A DNA stretch of 40,320 nt, taken from the IMG/VR virus record IMGVR_UViG_2698536428_000017. One strand, written 5' to 3'. Origin of the DNA: a virus (Duplodnaviria > Heunggongvirae > Uroviricota > Caudoviricetes). The translations under genes were made by a program, and so were the position numbers. This document shows positions 28,777-38,451 of the stretch, piece by piece (position 1 is the first letter of the stretch; each line of letters begins with the position of its first letter). The notes under the pieces were generated by a model. That model ran no database searches and was not told the origin of the DNA. It saw nothing but the letters and a program-made list of their open reading frames with translations.

Positions 28777-29675
28777 GTTTAGAAACCAGTCTCGAACTTA
28801 ATAATCAACTTCTGGCACAACATAATGCGCTGCTTGAACGTCTTATCCGCACAATGGCATCAGGCATTGTTATGCATCCTGACACGATTTCACGAGTGCA
28901 GGAATGTCGGGATACAGCAACTGAAACTGAAAATATGTCAGCGGCAATGACACTGGATGATCTGGAGTTCAGCGACGTTATCGCACTGGCTGGTTTCTAC
29001 CCGGTAGCCACCCCTATCACAGAAGACATGCTGCAACGTGCTGTTGCCTACCGTGATGCTGAAGGCGATAAACGAGTAGTTCAGATTGATGCTCTCGACA
29101 GCGCATTGCAGGGCGTCAAACGAGCCAGGGCGCTGCTTAAACCTGCTCTCCTGGACCTGTCCCGTAACATCCTTAAGTTCTGGGACGACCTGCCAACCAT
29201 CGGCGAGCGACGTGTTTTTGCCGAGCAGCTACTTGATGCACCTGCGGATGGGCGTGATGAAGTTAAGCCGAAAAAGGCCAGTAACAAAGATGGAGAACGC
29301 ACGGGGCCGTTTTACGTCAAAAATGTATCCGGCACAGCAGCCAGTGAACTCCACACCTTACGCAAGTTGAACGAGATGCTGAAAAAAGGCCATATCGAGA
29401 TCAACCGTGTTGAGTACCTTCAGCTGCAAGAAGAATTTGCACGCAGAGACGCAGCAAATTCCAGCCAGAATCATGACGCCAAAGATGACCATACAATTGA
29501 TTTCGCGGCACTACGCAAACAAGCTGAAGGGTTGATCCTCCAGTTAGCAAAAGGGGGTTACCGGGCAGAAGCTATTGCAATTCTGGAAAAACAGGGAGCC
29601 AGGAAACTTGGTGAAGTAACGGATGAAAATCTCGCTGAAGTAATCACCCTGGCTGAAAAAGCACTGGAGGGTTAA
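28773..29675 (+). CDS. Hypothetical protein, 300 aa
   Basis: ATG with GAGGA RBS; normal GC; no family recognised. Confidence 0.55.
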   Translation: MSLETSLELNNQLLAQHNALLERLIRTMASGIVMHPDTISRVQECRDTATETENMSAAMTLDDLEFSDVIALAGFYPVATPITEDMLQRAVAYRDAEGDKRVVQIDALDSALQGVKRARALLKPALLDLSRNILKFWDDLPTIGERRVFAEQLLDAPADGRDEVKPKKASNKDGERTGPFYVKNVSGTAASELHTLRKLNEMLKKGHIEINRVEYLQLQEEFARRDAANSSQNHDAKDDHTIDFAALRKQAEGLILQLAKGGYRAEAIAILEKQGARKLGEVTDENLAEVITLAEKALEG

Positions 29676-29677
29676 TC

Positions 29678-30979
29678 ATGCCAGACGTTCATGCACAACT
29701 TTCTCCATCATCAGCGCATCGATGGATGCGCTGCCCAGGAAGTCTGGCGCTGGAGGCCACACAACCGGATAAAGAAACAACTTTTGCAATCGAGGGCACT
29801 GCAGCGCACGCGCTTGCTGAAAAAGTTCTACGAAACAGGCAAAGCTACCCGGAACACTACGCCGGATGCAATGTTTCTATGTTTCTCGGCTCATACCCCC
29901 TTCGCGAAAATCCTGATGATACATCTGGCCCACAGGTGGATGATGAAATGGTCGAAGCCGTTGGCCGGTATGTTGATACGGTCTGGACTCTTGCACAGAA
30001 TAATGAACTATTGGTTGAACAACGTGTTGATTTCTCACATATAACGGGTGTGGAAGAATCTTTCGGAACTGCCGACGGCATAATCATTGCTGGTAGCGAA
30101 TTACAAATCCACGACCTGAAATATGGCAAAGGCGTCCGCATTGATGCAGAACAAAATGAGCAACTACAACTGTATGCTCTGGGTGCGCTCGAACAATTCA
30201 GCATGCTGTATGACTTTGAGACTGTAAGATTATTTATTCACCAGCCAAGGCTCAACCACGTTTCAGAATGGTCGTTAACCGTACAGGAACTTCAGTCTTT
30301 CGGTGAACGGGCACTGGAGGCCGCAACCAGTGCGATCCTTGTTCTCAATATTGCTGAATGCGAAGGCATTGAGACACTACCGCTGGAAAACTTCATACCT
30401 GGAGAAAAACAGTGCCGCTTCTGTAAAGCAAAAGCTATTTGCACTGCCCAGAAAATGCAGCATTTACAAACAGCGGCCAGCGATTTTGAAGATCTGACAA
30501 AGCCTGTCAGCGAAATAATCTCCAATGCCAGCGCACGTGTACCTCTGTTAACCATTGAGCAGCTTGCGGAGATCTATAGCCAGGCCGACTTTATTGAATC
30601 CTGGCTAAAGGCAGTACGAGACCGGGTTCACAATGAACTCAATGCCGGACATCCGGTACCGGGGTTTAAACTGGTAACAGGAAAACAAGGTAACCGGGCC
30701 TGGAGTGATGAAGAGGCAGCTCGCGCACTTCTGAAGGACCAGTTCAGGTACAAAACTGAAGAAGTATTCGACTTTAAACTTATTAGCCCCACAAAAGCCG
30801 AAAAACTTATCAAAAAGGCCAGTCCGCGCCGTTGGTCAAAAGTCGAGGCACTGATAACACGAGCTGATGGTAAACCCACCATCGTTCCCGAGTCAGACCC
30901 ACGCCCCGCACTCAATATCAACCCTGTAAATGATTTCGACGACGTATCCGACGATACGCTAACCGCAGACCTCATCTGA
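29678..30979 (+). CDS. PD-(D/E)XK nuclease, Cas4/RecB-like with Fe-S cysteines
   Basis: 433 aa; N-terminal [15 protein letters not shown]; C-terminal C-x2-C-x5-C ([10 protein letters not shown]) with the N-terminal Cys gives the four-Cys pattern of Cas4-like nucleases. Confidence 0.65.
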   Translation: MPDVHAQLSPSSAHRWMRCPGSLALEATQPDKETTFAIEGTAAHALAEKVLRNRQSYPEHYAGCNVSMFLGSYPLRENPDDTSGPQVDDEMVEAVGRYVDTVWTLAQNNELLVEQRVDFSHITGVEESFGTADGIIIAGSELQIHDLKYGKGVRIDAEQNEQLQLYALGALEQFSMLYDFETVRLFIHQPRLNHVSEWSLTVQELQSFGERALEAATSAILVLNIAECEGIETLPLENFIPGEKQCRFCKAKAICTAQKMQHLQTAASDFEDLTKPVSEIISNASARVPLLTIEQLAEIYSQADFIESWLKAVRDRVHNELNAGHPVPGFKLVTGKQGNRAWSDEEAARALLKDQFRYKTEEVFDFKLISPTKAEKLIKKASPRRWSKVEALITRADGKPTIVPESDPRPALNINPVNDFDDVSDDTLTADLI

Positions 30980-30994
30980 TTTAAGGAAATACCC

Positions 30995-31543
30995 ATGAAA
31001 CTGAAGCTGAACAATGTTCGTCTGGCCTTCCCGTCTCTGTTTGAAGCTAAAACTGTAAACGGCGAAGGCGATCCACGTTTCTCCGCAGTATTTTTAATGT
31101 CACCCAAACACCCACAACTGGAAGAAATCCGTAAAGCTATGAAGCAGGTAGCGAAGGAAAAATGGGGAGAGAAGTGGGAGCCCATTTATAACCAACTGGA
31201 GAAAAAACTCAATCTGTGCCTGCATGATGGTGATGAAAAAGCAGAGTATGAAGGCTTCCCCGGCAATTTCTTCCTGAATGCTGCTAACAAAGCGCGCCCA
31301 GCTGTTCTTGATCGCGATCGTTCGCCACTTATTCAGGCTGATGGACGTCCCTATGCAGGGTGCTATGTAAACGCCGTTATCGATATCTGGGCACAGGACA
31401 ATAATTTCGGTAAACGCATTAATGCCTCACTCGGCGGAGTCCAGTTCCTGCGAGACGGCGATGCATTCGCTGGCGGCGGAGTGGCAAGCGCTGACGATTT
31501 CGACGATATCAGCGAAGGTGCTGATGCTGAAGCACTGATTTAA
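30995..31543 (+). CDS. ssDNA-binding-like protein (DUF2815-like by recollection)
   Basis: 182 aa; N-terminus MKLKLNNVRLAFPSLFEAK; acidic C-terminal tail (DDFDDISEGADAEALI) as in SSB proteins. Confidence 0.5.
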   Translation: MKLKLNNVRLAFPSLFEAKTVNGEGDPRFSAVFLMSPKHPQLEEIRKAMKQVAKEKWGEKWEPIYNQLEKKLNLCLHDGDEKAEYEGFPGNFFLNAANKARPAVLDRDRSPLIQADGRPYAGCYVNAVIDIWAQDNNFGKRINASLGGVQFLRDGDAFAGGGVASADDFDDISEGADAEALI

Positions 31544-31559
31544 CCCTACTTCATAGACG

Positions 31560-31577
31560 CCCGGTTAAATACCGGGC
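31560..31577. other. Stable hairpin between convergent genes
   Basis: GCCCGG-N7-CCGGGC; no clean U-tract on either strand, so not a canonical terminator. Confidence 0.3.
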
Positions 31578-31595
31578 TGCTGATTAGGCGTATAA

Positions 31596-32225
31596 TCACT
31601 CAGGAATCTTAATCTTCCTCAATTCTTTATTTAGTTCACAGATCTTCTTCTTAGACGGGAAAGTATCATACATCCAAAAACCAACAGTCTCTAAAACTAT
31701 TGTCATAACCATATACACAAGATAATTTAAAAGGCCTTCATTTTGCCCTATGGAAATAATGCAGATAATAGAAAAAAGGATAAACAGCACAAAACACAGA
31801 AAGGAAAACAGACGACTAATAATAAATAAAAAACCTGAAAAATTAACATTGATGAAAAACACTCCGTTATCTTTCTCTATATAATTCTGAAGCTTAATCA
31901 CCTGATTTATATACTGTCTTTTTTCTAATCTATTGCAAATGTAAATAACATCACTTCGGTTATAAGAAGATTGCAATTTCAGCGCATCACGAATAATTTT
32001 ATCATTTATTCTTTTTTCTATGGCACTCTTATCCTCCTTATCCAGATAACGTTCATACTTAACTAAATATAAAATTAACTTCTTGACATATTTAGGCTCT
32101 TTATACTTATAATTAAAAATGATCTTTCTTATCCAGACTCCCATAACAATCAAACATGAAAAAATATATCCAGCTATTTTCTCCAGATGCTCTGTATGGT
32201 CAATCAAGTATTGGATCATATGCAT
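31596..32225 (-). CDS. Hypothetical multi-pass membrane protein, 209 aa, strongly AT-rich
   Basis: About 23-35% GC in sampled 60-nt lines against about 52% flanking; predicted TM near residues 18-38 and two C-terminal TM helices; antisense to the replication operon. Confidence 0.6.
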   Translation of the reverse strand: MHMIQYLIDHTEHLEKIAGYIFSCLIVMGVWIRKIIFNYKYKEPKYVKKLILYLVKYERYLDKEDKSAIEKRINDKIIRDALKLQSSYNRSDVIYICNRLEKRQYINQVIKLQNYIEKDNGVFFINVNFSGFLFIISRLFSFLCFVLFILFSIICIISIGQNEGLLNYLVYMVMTIVLETVGFWMYDTFPSKKKICELNKELRKIKIPE

Positions 32226-32271
32226 AATTAATCTTTTAATCAGTTAATAGAATAAAAACCAAGGTAAACAC

Positions 32272-34335
32272 ATGTCCAATATACTATGGGGCGACCTGGA
32301 AACCTATTGCGAAATCCCTATTACGAACGGTACCCATGCGTATGCCGAAGGCGTTGAAGTGATGCTGTTCGCATGGGCTATCAACGACGGGCCAGTAAAC
32401 GTATGGGATATCACTGCCGGTGGTGGTATTCCACACGGCTTATACGAAGCAATCGCAGCCCCTGAAACCCTGCTTTATTTTCATAACTCTCACTTCGACC
32501 GCACCGTCCTGCGTTATGCAATGCCGCGACTGGCACCGCCAGTCGAACGTTGGCGCGACACGATGGTGCAGGCGCTGGCGCACGGTCTCCCGGGGTCTCT
32601 GGGGGAACTCTGCGAAGTACTAGGCGTCCCGCAAGACAAAGCGAAGGACAAAGAAGGTAAAGCGCTGATCCAGCTGTTCTGTAAGCCACGCCCGAAAAAC
32701 AGCAAACTGCGCCGGGCCACCAGCAAAACCCACCCGGAAGAATGGCGGCGCTTTGTTGCTTACGCCGGACTGGATATCGAGGCAATGCGCGAAGTCTATA
32801 AACGTCTGCCGAAGTGGAATTATCAGGGGACAGAACTGGCGCTCTGGCATCGTGATCAGCAGATCAATGACCGGGGCGTCTGCATGGACGTGGAACTCGC
32901 ACGCGCTGCGATCGACGCGGTAGACCAGGAACAAAAGCGCCTGGCAAAGCGTACACAGGAAATGACTGATGGCGAAGTGCAGGCAGCCACACAACGAGAC
33001 GCGTTGATTAAGCACATTGTTGAATCCTACGGTGTGGAGCTACCAGACATGCAACGCAGTACTCTGGAACGTCGTATTGCCGACCCCGATTTACCATCTG
33101 CCGTGAAAGAACTGCTGGCTATCCGCCTGCAGGCCAGTACTACCAGCACCAGTAAATACAAGGCACTGATGAAAGGCGTAAGCCACGACGGGCGCTTACG
33201 CGGTACGCTACAGTTCTGCGGGGCGTCACGTACCGGTCGTTGGGCCGGACGGCTATTCCAGCCCCAGAACCTTCCCCGCCCTTCACTAAAACAGGAACAA
33301 ATAGACGAAGGCATCGAAGCACTGAAAGCCGGATGTGCAGACCTGCTGTTTGACAATATCATGGAACTAACCAGTTCAGCGTTACGTGGCTGCATTATCG
33401 CGCCAACAGGCAAAAAGCTGGTGGTAAGTGACTTGTCGAACATTGAAGGCCGTATGCTGGCATGGCTGGCGGGAGAAGAATGGAAACTGAATGCATTCAG
33501 AGAGTACGACGCCGGAACGGGTCCGGACTTATATAAACTGGCGTATGCAAAAGCTTTCGATATTGCACCAGATGATGTTGATAAACACATGCGTCAGATC
33601 GGTAAAGTCATGGAACTCGGTCTGGGTTATGGAGGAGGTGTATCGGCTTTCATCACTTTTGCTCTGGTTTACGGTCTCGATCTCGACGGGCTGGCGAACG
33701 CCGCACTGCCAAACATTCCCCGCGATGTTATCCGCGAGGCGAAAAGCTGGTACGACGAATCGGTTAAACGTAAATCGACCTACGGGCTTTCTGAACGGGT
33801 ATTTATCGCCTGCGACTCACTTAAACGTCTCTGGCGCCGGGCGCATCCCGCGACCTGTGATTTCTGGTACGAACTGGAGTGCACCGTCCGCACAGCAATC
33901 GCCACACCGCAAAAAACATTGTATTGCGGTTATCTTAAAATCCGCCGCGATGGCGCGTGGCTGCGCATACAGCTACCATCCGGACGCGCTGTATGCTACC
34001 CGTCTCCGGTTATCGAACAAGGGAATATCACCTACATGGGTGTTAACTCTTATTCGCGTAAATGGCAACGACTCAAAACCTACGGCGGAAAGCTGGTGGA
34101 GAACGTCACCCAGGCGGCCGCCCGCGACGTTCTGGCCGGAAACATGCCGCTTATCGAAGATGCCGGTTACAGCATTGTGCTGACGGTACACGACGAGGTG
34201 ATCACCGAATCACCTGACACAGAAGATTTCAACGATAAAGCGCTTTCCGCGCTTCTCTCCACTAACCCCGAATGGGCGCCAGATATCCCACTGAACGCTG
34301 GCGGTTTTGAGGCGTACCACTACCGTAAGGATTAA
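32272..34335 (+). CDS. DNA polymerase, family A with 3'-5' exonuclease domain
   Basis: 687 aa; exo motif DLETY near N-terminus; Pol motif A (DLSNIEGR), motif B ([16 protein letters not shown]), motif C (VHDEV). Confidence 0.85.
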   Translation: MSNILWGDLETYCEIPITNGTHAYAEGVEVMLFAWAINDGPVNVWDITAGGGIPHGLYEAIAAPETLLYFHNSHFDRTVLRYAMPRLAPPVERWRDTMVQALAHGLPGSLGELCEVLGVPQDKAKDKEGKALIQLFCKPRPKNSKLRRATSKTHPEEWRRFVAYAGLDIEAMREVYKRLPKWNYQGTELALWHRDQQINDRGVCMDVELARAAIDAVDQEQKRLAKRTQEMTDGEVQAATQRDALIKHIVESYGVELPDMQRSTLERRIADPDLPSAVKELLAIRLQASTTSTSKYKALMKGVSHDGRLRGTLQFCGASRTGRWAGRLFQPQNLPRPSLKQEQIDEGIEALKAGCADLLFDNIMELTSSALRGCIIAPTGKKLVVSDLSNIEGRMLAWLAGEEWKLNAFREYDAGTGPDLYKLAYAKAFDIAPDDVDKHMRQIGKVMELGLGYGGGVSAFITFALVYGLDLDGLANAALPNIPRDVIREAKSWYDESVKRKSTYGLSERVFIACDSLKRLWRRAHPATCDFWYELECTVRTAIATPQKTLYCGYLKIRRDGAWLRIQLPSGRAVCYPSPVIEQGNITYMGVNSYSRKWQRLKTYGGKLVENVTQAAARDVLAGNMPLIEDAGYSIVLTVHDEVITESPDTEDFNDKALSALLSTNPEWAPDIPLNAGGFEAYHYRKD

Positions 34336-34340
34336 CTCCT

Positions 34341-34556
34341 ATGTCATTTAAATACCGGGACAATCCACTTTATTACAGGGCTGCAAGGGAGGCTTTGCGA
34401 CTTGAACAATCCGGCGAATATGACCGGGCAGCGAAGGTCTGGGCAAAAGCCAACCGCGAATCACATCACGAACTGAATCAGGAATGGAGTGAACGCAGAT
34501 CTGATTTTTGCCTGATGCAGAATATGCGTGAAAAGCGTAAGGCGGTCGAAGAATGA
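34341..34556 (+). CDS. Small PerC/ANR-like regulator (tentative)
   Basis: 71 aa; pattern A..LE..G.Y..AA..W...N..W..R..FC resembles small PerC/ANR-type regulators as recalled; AAGGA RBS. Confidence 0.35.
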   Translation: MSFKYRDNPLYYRAAREALRLEQSGEYDRAAKVWAKANRESHHELNQEWSERRSDFCLMQNMREKRKAVEE

Positions 34557-34852
34557 TCGTTTACGTTGCCGGGCCGATGAGCGGTTACGAGCAATTTAAC
34601 CGCCCGGCTTTTCATTCCGCAGCAAAGAGGCTAACGGACAAGGGATATGTTGTGCTTAACCCCGCAACTTTACCCAATGGTTTGACACAGGCTCAGTATA
34701 TGGACATCTGCCTCGCAATGCTTCGCTGTGCCGATACGATTTATATGCTCAAAGAGTGGGAGTACTCTGCTGGCGCACGTGCAGAAAACGCGTTGGCAGA
34801 GAAACTGGAATTGAATGTGCTTTTTGAAGAGTGGGATTCAGATGGCCTATGA
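34553..34852 (+). CDS. Nucleoside 2-deoxyribosyltransferase-like protein (DUF4406-like)
   Basis: 99 aa; N-terminal IVYVAGPMSG and downstream EWEYSAGA fit the NDT-like signature as recalled. Confidence 0.55.
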   Translation: MIVYVAGPMSGYEQFNRPAFHSAAKRLTDKGYVVLNPATLPNGLTQAQYMDICLAMLRCADTIYMLKEWEYSAGARAENALAEKLELNVLFEEWDSDGL

Positions 34853-35111
34853 ACGTGAAAGCCTTATCGAAAAGCACCTCGTCGCTGAAGTGAAAAAAGC
34901 TGGCGGAGTGGCCTTTAAGTTTGTATCTCCCGGTCACCGCTCGGTACCGGATCGCATTGTCCTGCTACCAGGTGGTCGTATCGTTTTCGTTGAATGTAAA
35001 TCTCCCGGCAAGCCACCACGGCCTGACCAATTGCGCGAACATGAACGTCTGCGAAAACTGGGCTTTACCGTAGTGGTGCTGGATAGCAAGAACCTAGAGA
35101 GGATATTATAA
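34815..35111 (+). CDS. VRR-NUC domain nuclease
   Basis: Motif PDRIVLLPGGRIVFVECK is a PD-(D/E)xK signature typical of VRR-NUC; true start may be the ATG at 34842. Confidence 0.55.
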   Translation: MCFLKSGIQMAYERESLIEKHLVAEVKKAGGVAFKFVSPGHRSVPDRIVLLPGGRIVFVECKSPGKPPRPDQLREHERLRKLGFTVVVLDSKNLERIL

Positions 35112-35115
35112 AAAT

Positions 35116-35685
35116 TTAGTCAATGCCTTTTTGATTGAACTTCTGATTCTCCAGTATGCTTTGCAGCTCAATATTATCATTTGCAGCGGTTTGTTTATGC
35201 TCATGATATTTTTCTTGCGTATAATTTCTTTCTCTTAGTTTCTGTGCGTAATTATTAGAAATAATATCATGACGATCTTGTAATACTTGTTCAAGTTGAC
35301 TTTTAAAGTCCTCTATCTTTTCATTAGAAATAACATTTTTGTACTTTTCAATATCACGGCGAAGTTCTTTTTCTTTCTTCTTATTAATGCTTAATAACTG
35401 TCGATTAACGCTACCTAAGGACCATTTAAACCCAATCGACTTTATCCAATGCGCCAGAAACATAGCGCAACTGGGAAGCATTAATAAAAGAAATGGCTTT
35501 ATTGTATTTAAATCAGAACCAATATACGGAAAACGACCGTCCCACGAGGACACCAGTAATGTTAAAAAACCAGTGATGCCACCAGCAGCAACATTAGAAA
35601 TCAGAGGGACTTTTTCGTAGCTATCAGGTTTAGAAGCGCTACTCAAACGTCCCTCCTTTGACTGATCTTCCAGCACGAATGGCAT
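35116..35685 (-). CDS. Cassette gene 3: membrane protein with two TM helices and a charged coiled-coil C-terminus, 189 aa
   Basis: ATG at 35685 with weak RBS, overlapping the previous ORF by 47 nt; low GC; convergent with VRR-NUC, 4 bp between stops. Confidence 0.5.
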   Translation of the reverse strand: MPFVLEDQSKEGRLSSASKPDSYEKVPLISNVAAGGITGFLTLLVSSWDGRFPYIGSDLNTIKPFLLLMLPSCAMFLAHWIKSIGFKWSLGSVNRQLLSINKKKEKELRRDIEKYKNVISNEKIEDFKSQLEQVLQDRHDIISNNYAQKLRERNYTQEKYHEHKQTAANDNIELQSILENQKFNQKGID

Positions 35686-35887
35686 TCATTGCAATTTTGT
35701 AAAATTCATCATCAGAAGAGACATCAACGACATCGCGACGGACAACTCCTTCTGAGTCAACACATTCAAGAACAAGATGATGTTTAGGCATAAGCGCAAA
35801 GCGTAACCGGTCAAACCCCATCTTAAGAACCCAATATAGTACGGGAAGCAGGCTAAAAAAAGCCAGCCAAAAAGCAAAAGCAATCAT
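35639..35887 (-). CDS. Cassette gene 2: small membrane protein, 82 aa
   Basis: ATG at 35887 with GGGGAGGGGG RBS; N-terminal TM helix (IAFAFWLAFFSLLPVLYWVL); competing 65-aa ORF in another frame starts with TTG and was not preferred. Confidence 0.5.
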   Translation of the reverse strand: MIAFAFWLAFFSLLPVLYWVLKMGFDRLRFALMPKHHLVLECVDSEGVVRRDVVDVSSDDEFYKIAMNAIRAGRSVKGGTFE

Positions 35888-35910
35888 AGCCCCCTCCCCA
35901 TGTGAATCTA

Positions 35911-36789
35911 CTATAAGATGCCGTGTACTTTAACAACTATGTACGTTTTGTCCAGCGAATTCAAGTTCTCACGGACGAGCAAATCAACGCAGTAAGCATC
36001 ACTAAAAACACCAGGTTCTCTTCCCGTACTAACACGTTGTAAGAACTCAGTATCTTCTATAGACACGCTGATTGTGTCATCGCCATAGTTGACTCGCCAG
36101 CCTGTGTTTTTATCCTTATGAATAGTCAAAAATGTGATTAGAGCCTCTTCAATCACCCTTTCAGACAAGGACTGCACTACAGGAACGCGCCTATATCTGA
36201 ACGGTTCAATATTATCTTCGTGCACCTTAATCAGCTCAACCCCCTGTTGAGTTGAAATTTTAAGCGATTCGTATCCTTCCTTTTGCAAAGGATTATGAAT
36301 TAACTTCGATAAGGATTTGCGTATGCTTGGTGAGGCAAGTAAAGGCCGGAAATATGACGGGGCTATAATTTCCTCACCATCATCCATAACTATTTTACAG
36401 TCTCCTTCCGCTGTTAAAGTCAACCGTTTTATTTGCCTACCATTGATCTGACGAATTAAGTCAATGAGAGTATTTCCTGCTGCGAGTGCAGTTGTACCTC
36501 CAAGCCCAATAATGCTTAATATATTCAAATGGTCAAGTGGATTTTGAATAACATCAATCAAATACTCAAATGAGCCTTCCTTAAAAGGCTCAACCTCAAC
36601 ATTAATACACTCACTAGTGCCATTGACAACCAAATTAACTTCTTTAAGCAAGTTGTTTAGTCCATTCAATGACTCAGTTAAAACATCCAAATCTATTTTA
36701 TGATCTGCTAGTGCGGGACCATCATATTTAACAACTAATTTATCAGTAATATTTTCTTCTTGCTGGACATCTGTATAAGCTGAGGTCAT
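35911..36789 (-). CDS. Cassette gene 1: hypothetical soluble protein, 292 aa
   Basis: ATG at 36789 with AAGGA RBS; about 33-38% GC; no recognisable motif; divergent from SNF2 gene with 67 bp between starts. Confidence 0.6.
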   Translation of the reverse strand: MTSAYTDVQQEENITDKLVVKYDGPALADHKIDLDVLTESLNGLNNLLKEVNLVVNGTSECINVEVEPFKEGSFEYLIDVIQNPLDHLNILSIIGLGGTTALAAGNTLIDLIRQINGRQIKRLTLTAEGDCKIVMDDGEEIIAPSYFRPLLASPSIRKSLSKLIHNPLQKEGYESLKISTQQGVELIKVHEDNIEPFRYRRVPVVQSLSERVIEEALITFLTIHKDKNTGWRVNYGDDTISVSIEDTEFLQRVSTGREPGVFSDAYCVDLLVRENLNSLDKTYIVVKVHGIL

Positions 36790-36856
36790 AACTGTTCCTT
36801 TCGAAATAAATAATTAAGCTATTACTACATAAGTTCATTCATGGAGATACAATACC

Positions 36857-38254
36857 ATGGACTATGCTATATTTTCACCTCACCCCTACCAAGATCTCAT
36901 CATCAATCATCAAATCGACATTATGCGCTGCAACATCTGGGCAGGTATGGGAATGGGTAAAACCGTGGCAACGCTCACTGCGCTGGAAGATCTTTTTATG
37001 GCAGGGGCAGAAACACGCCCCGCACTGGTCCTCGCGCCGCTACGTGTTGCAGCAAACACCTGGCCGGATGAAGCAGTGAAGTGGGGGCATTTGCGCAATA
37101 TCGAGGTGCAGCCGATTGTTGGTAATGCCAAAGCGCGCTCTACGGCGCTGGCGAACAGCAACGCAAGCGTGTTCACCATCAACTACGATAACCTTGTCTG
37201 GCTGGTTGAAGAATTGGGAGAACGATGGCCGTTCGGTATTGTCATTCCAGATGAAAGCACCCGGCTAAAATCCTTCCGGCTGCGAGGTGGTGGTAAGCGC
37301 GCGGCGGCACTGGGCAAAGTGGCGCATAAGTATGTCCGGCGCTGGATAAATCTCACCGGTACGCCAGCACCGAACGGCCTGGTAGATTTGTGGGGACAAT
37401 CGTGGTTTGTGGACCAAGGGCAACGTCTCGGGCGCACTTACGGTGCGTTTACCTCACGCTGGTTCAACTCGATACAGTTTCCGGGACAGAGCTGGACTAA
37501 ACTGGAGCCTTTTGCTCACTCACAGGGTGAAATACAGCGAGCATTAGCCGATGTGACCCTCTCGCTAGATGCGGCCGACTGGTTCGATATCAAAGACCCC
37601 ATCCATAACGTAATCCGCGTGGATATGCCGCCGAAGGCCCGTCAGCAGTATCGTGAAATGGAAAAGGAAATGTTCCTCGAGCTGAATGGCGAAGGCATCG
37701 AAGCACCGAACGCCGCGGCAAAGACACTGAAGTGTCTTCAAATCGCCAGTGGCGCAGTATACACAGACGACACCGGAAGTTGGTCAGAACTGCATGACAC
37801 CAAACTACAGGCGCTGGACAGCATACTGACCGAAGCAGCTGGCGCACCTGTGCTGGTTGCTTATCACTGGAAACACGATCTTGAACGCTTGCTTAAAGCA
37901 TTCCCTCGCGGTCGTCACCTCGACCAGGATCCACAGACACTGCGCGACTGGAATTCCGGAAAGATTCCTGTTCTCTTTGCACACCCAGCCAGCGCGGGCC
38001 ACGGCCTGAACATGCAGGACGGCGGAAATATACTGGTATTTTTCTCACACTGGTGGGACCTGGAGCAATATCAGCAAATTATTGAACGTATCGGCCCCAC
38101 CAGGCAGATACAGGCCGGACACAATCGTCCGGTATTTATTCACCACATTATTGCTGCCGACACTATGGACGAAATGGTGATGGAGCGGCGCAACTCAAAA
38201 CGAACAGTGCAGGACATCCTGCTCGATGCCATGAAAAAGAGAGGTATAGCATGA
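36857..38254 (+). CDS. SNF2-family helicase
   Basis: 465 aa; Walker A AGMGMGKT; motif II DEST (IPDESTRLK); C-terminal helicase lobe. Confidence 0.8.
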   Translation: MDYAIFSPHPYQDLIINHQIDIMRCNIWAGMGMGKTVATLTALEDLFMAGAETRPALVLAPLRVAANTWPDEAVKWGHLRNIEVQPIVGNAKARSTALANSNASVFTINYDNLVWLVEELGERWPFGIVIPDESTRLKSFRLRGGGKRAAALGKVAHKYVRRWINLTGTPAPNGLVDLWGQSWFVDQGQRLGRTYGAFTSRWFNSIQFPGQSWTKLEPFAHSQGEIQRALADVTLSLDAADWFDIKDPIHNVIRVDMPPKARQQYREMEKEMFLELNGEGIEAPNAAAKTLKCLQIASGAVYTDDTGSWSELHDTKLQALDSILTEAAGAPVLVAYHWKHDLERLLKAFPRGRHLDQDPQTLRDWNSGKIPVLFAHPASAGHGLNMQDGGNILVFFSHWWDLEQYQQIIERIGPTRQIQAGHNRPVFIHHIIAADTMDEMVMERRNSKRTVQDILLDAMKKRGIA

Positions 38255-38451
38255 GCGAGAAACCCGACGATTTACTCACCCCGGATGAAGTATGCCAAAA
38301 GTTAGGTATTACACAGAAAACGCTATGTGAGTGGAATATTAAGCATCGTCATCGGGCTATCCTGGCACCAATTCGTTTCAGTGCAAAAGTAGTTCGTTAT
38401 GAGCGCCGCAATGTCGACGCTTTTATTCAAAAGTGTCGCAGCCGGTATTAA
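38251..38451 (+). CDS. AlpA-like small HTH protein (candidate excisionase or regulator)
   Basis: 66 aa; LLTPDEVCQKLGITQKTLCEW then ...VVRYERRNVDAFI fits the AlpA/Xis-type winged HTH pattern; coupled (ATGA) to the helicase stop. Confidence 0.5.
   Translation: MSEKPDDLLTPDEVCQKLGITQKTLCEWNIKHRHRAILAPIRFSAKVVRYERRNVDAFIQKCRSRY

Noticed and set aside
35686-35883. Alternative 65-aa hydrophobic ORF in another frame of the cassette
   Set aside because: Starts with TTG and has no RBS, while the competing 82-aa frame has an ATG preceded by GGGGAGGGGG; kept as a caveat because it ends exactly at the start of the 189-aa gene.
35116-36789. Identity of the three-gene cassette with lambda RexA-RexB or Kiwa
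   Set aside because: Gene order, sizes and the recalled RexA sequence do not match; the cassette is not next to the repressor gene; left as an unassigned candidate.
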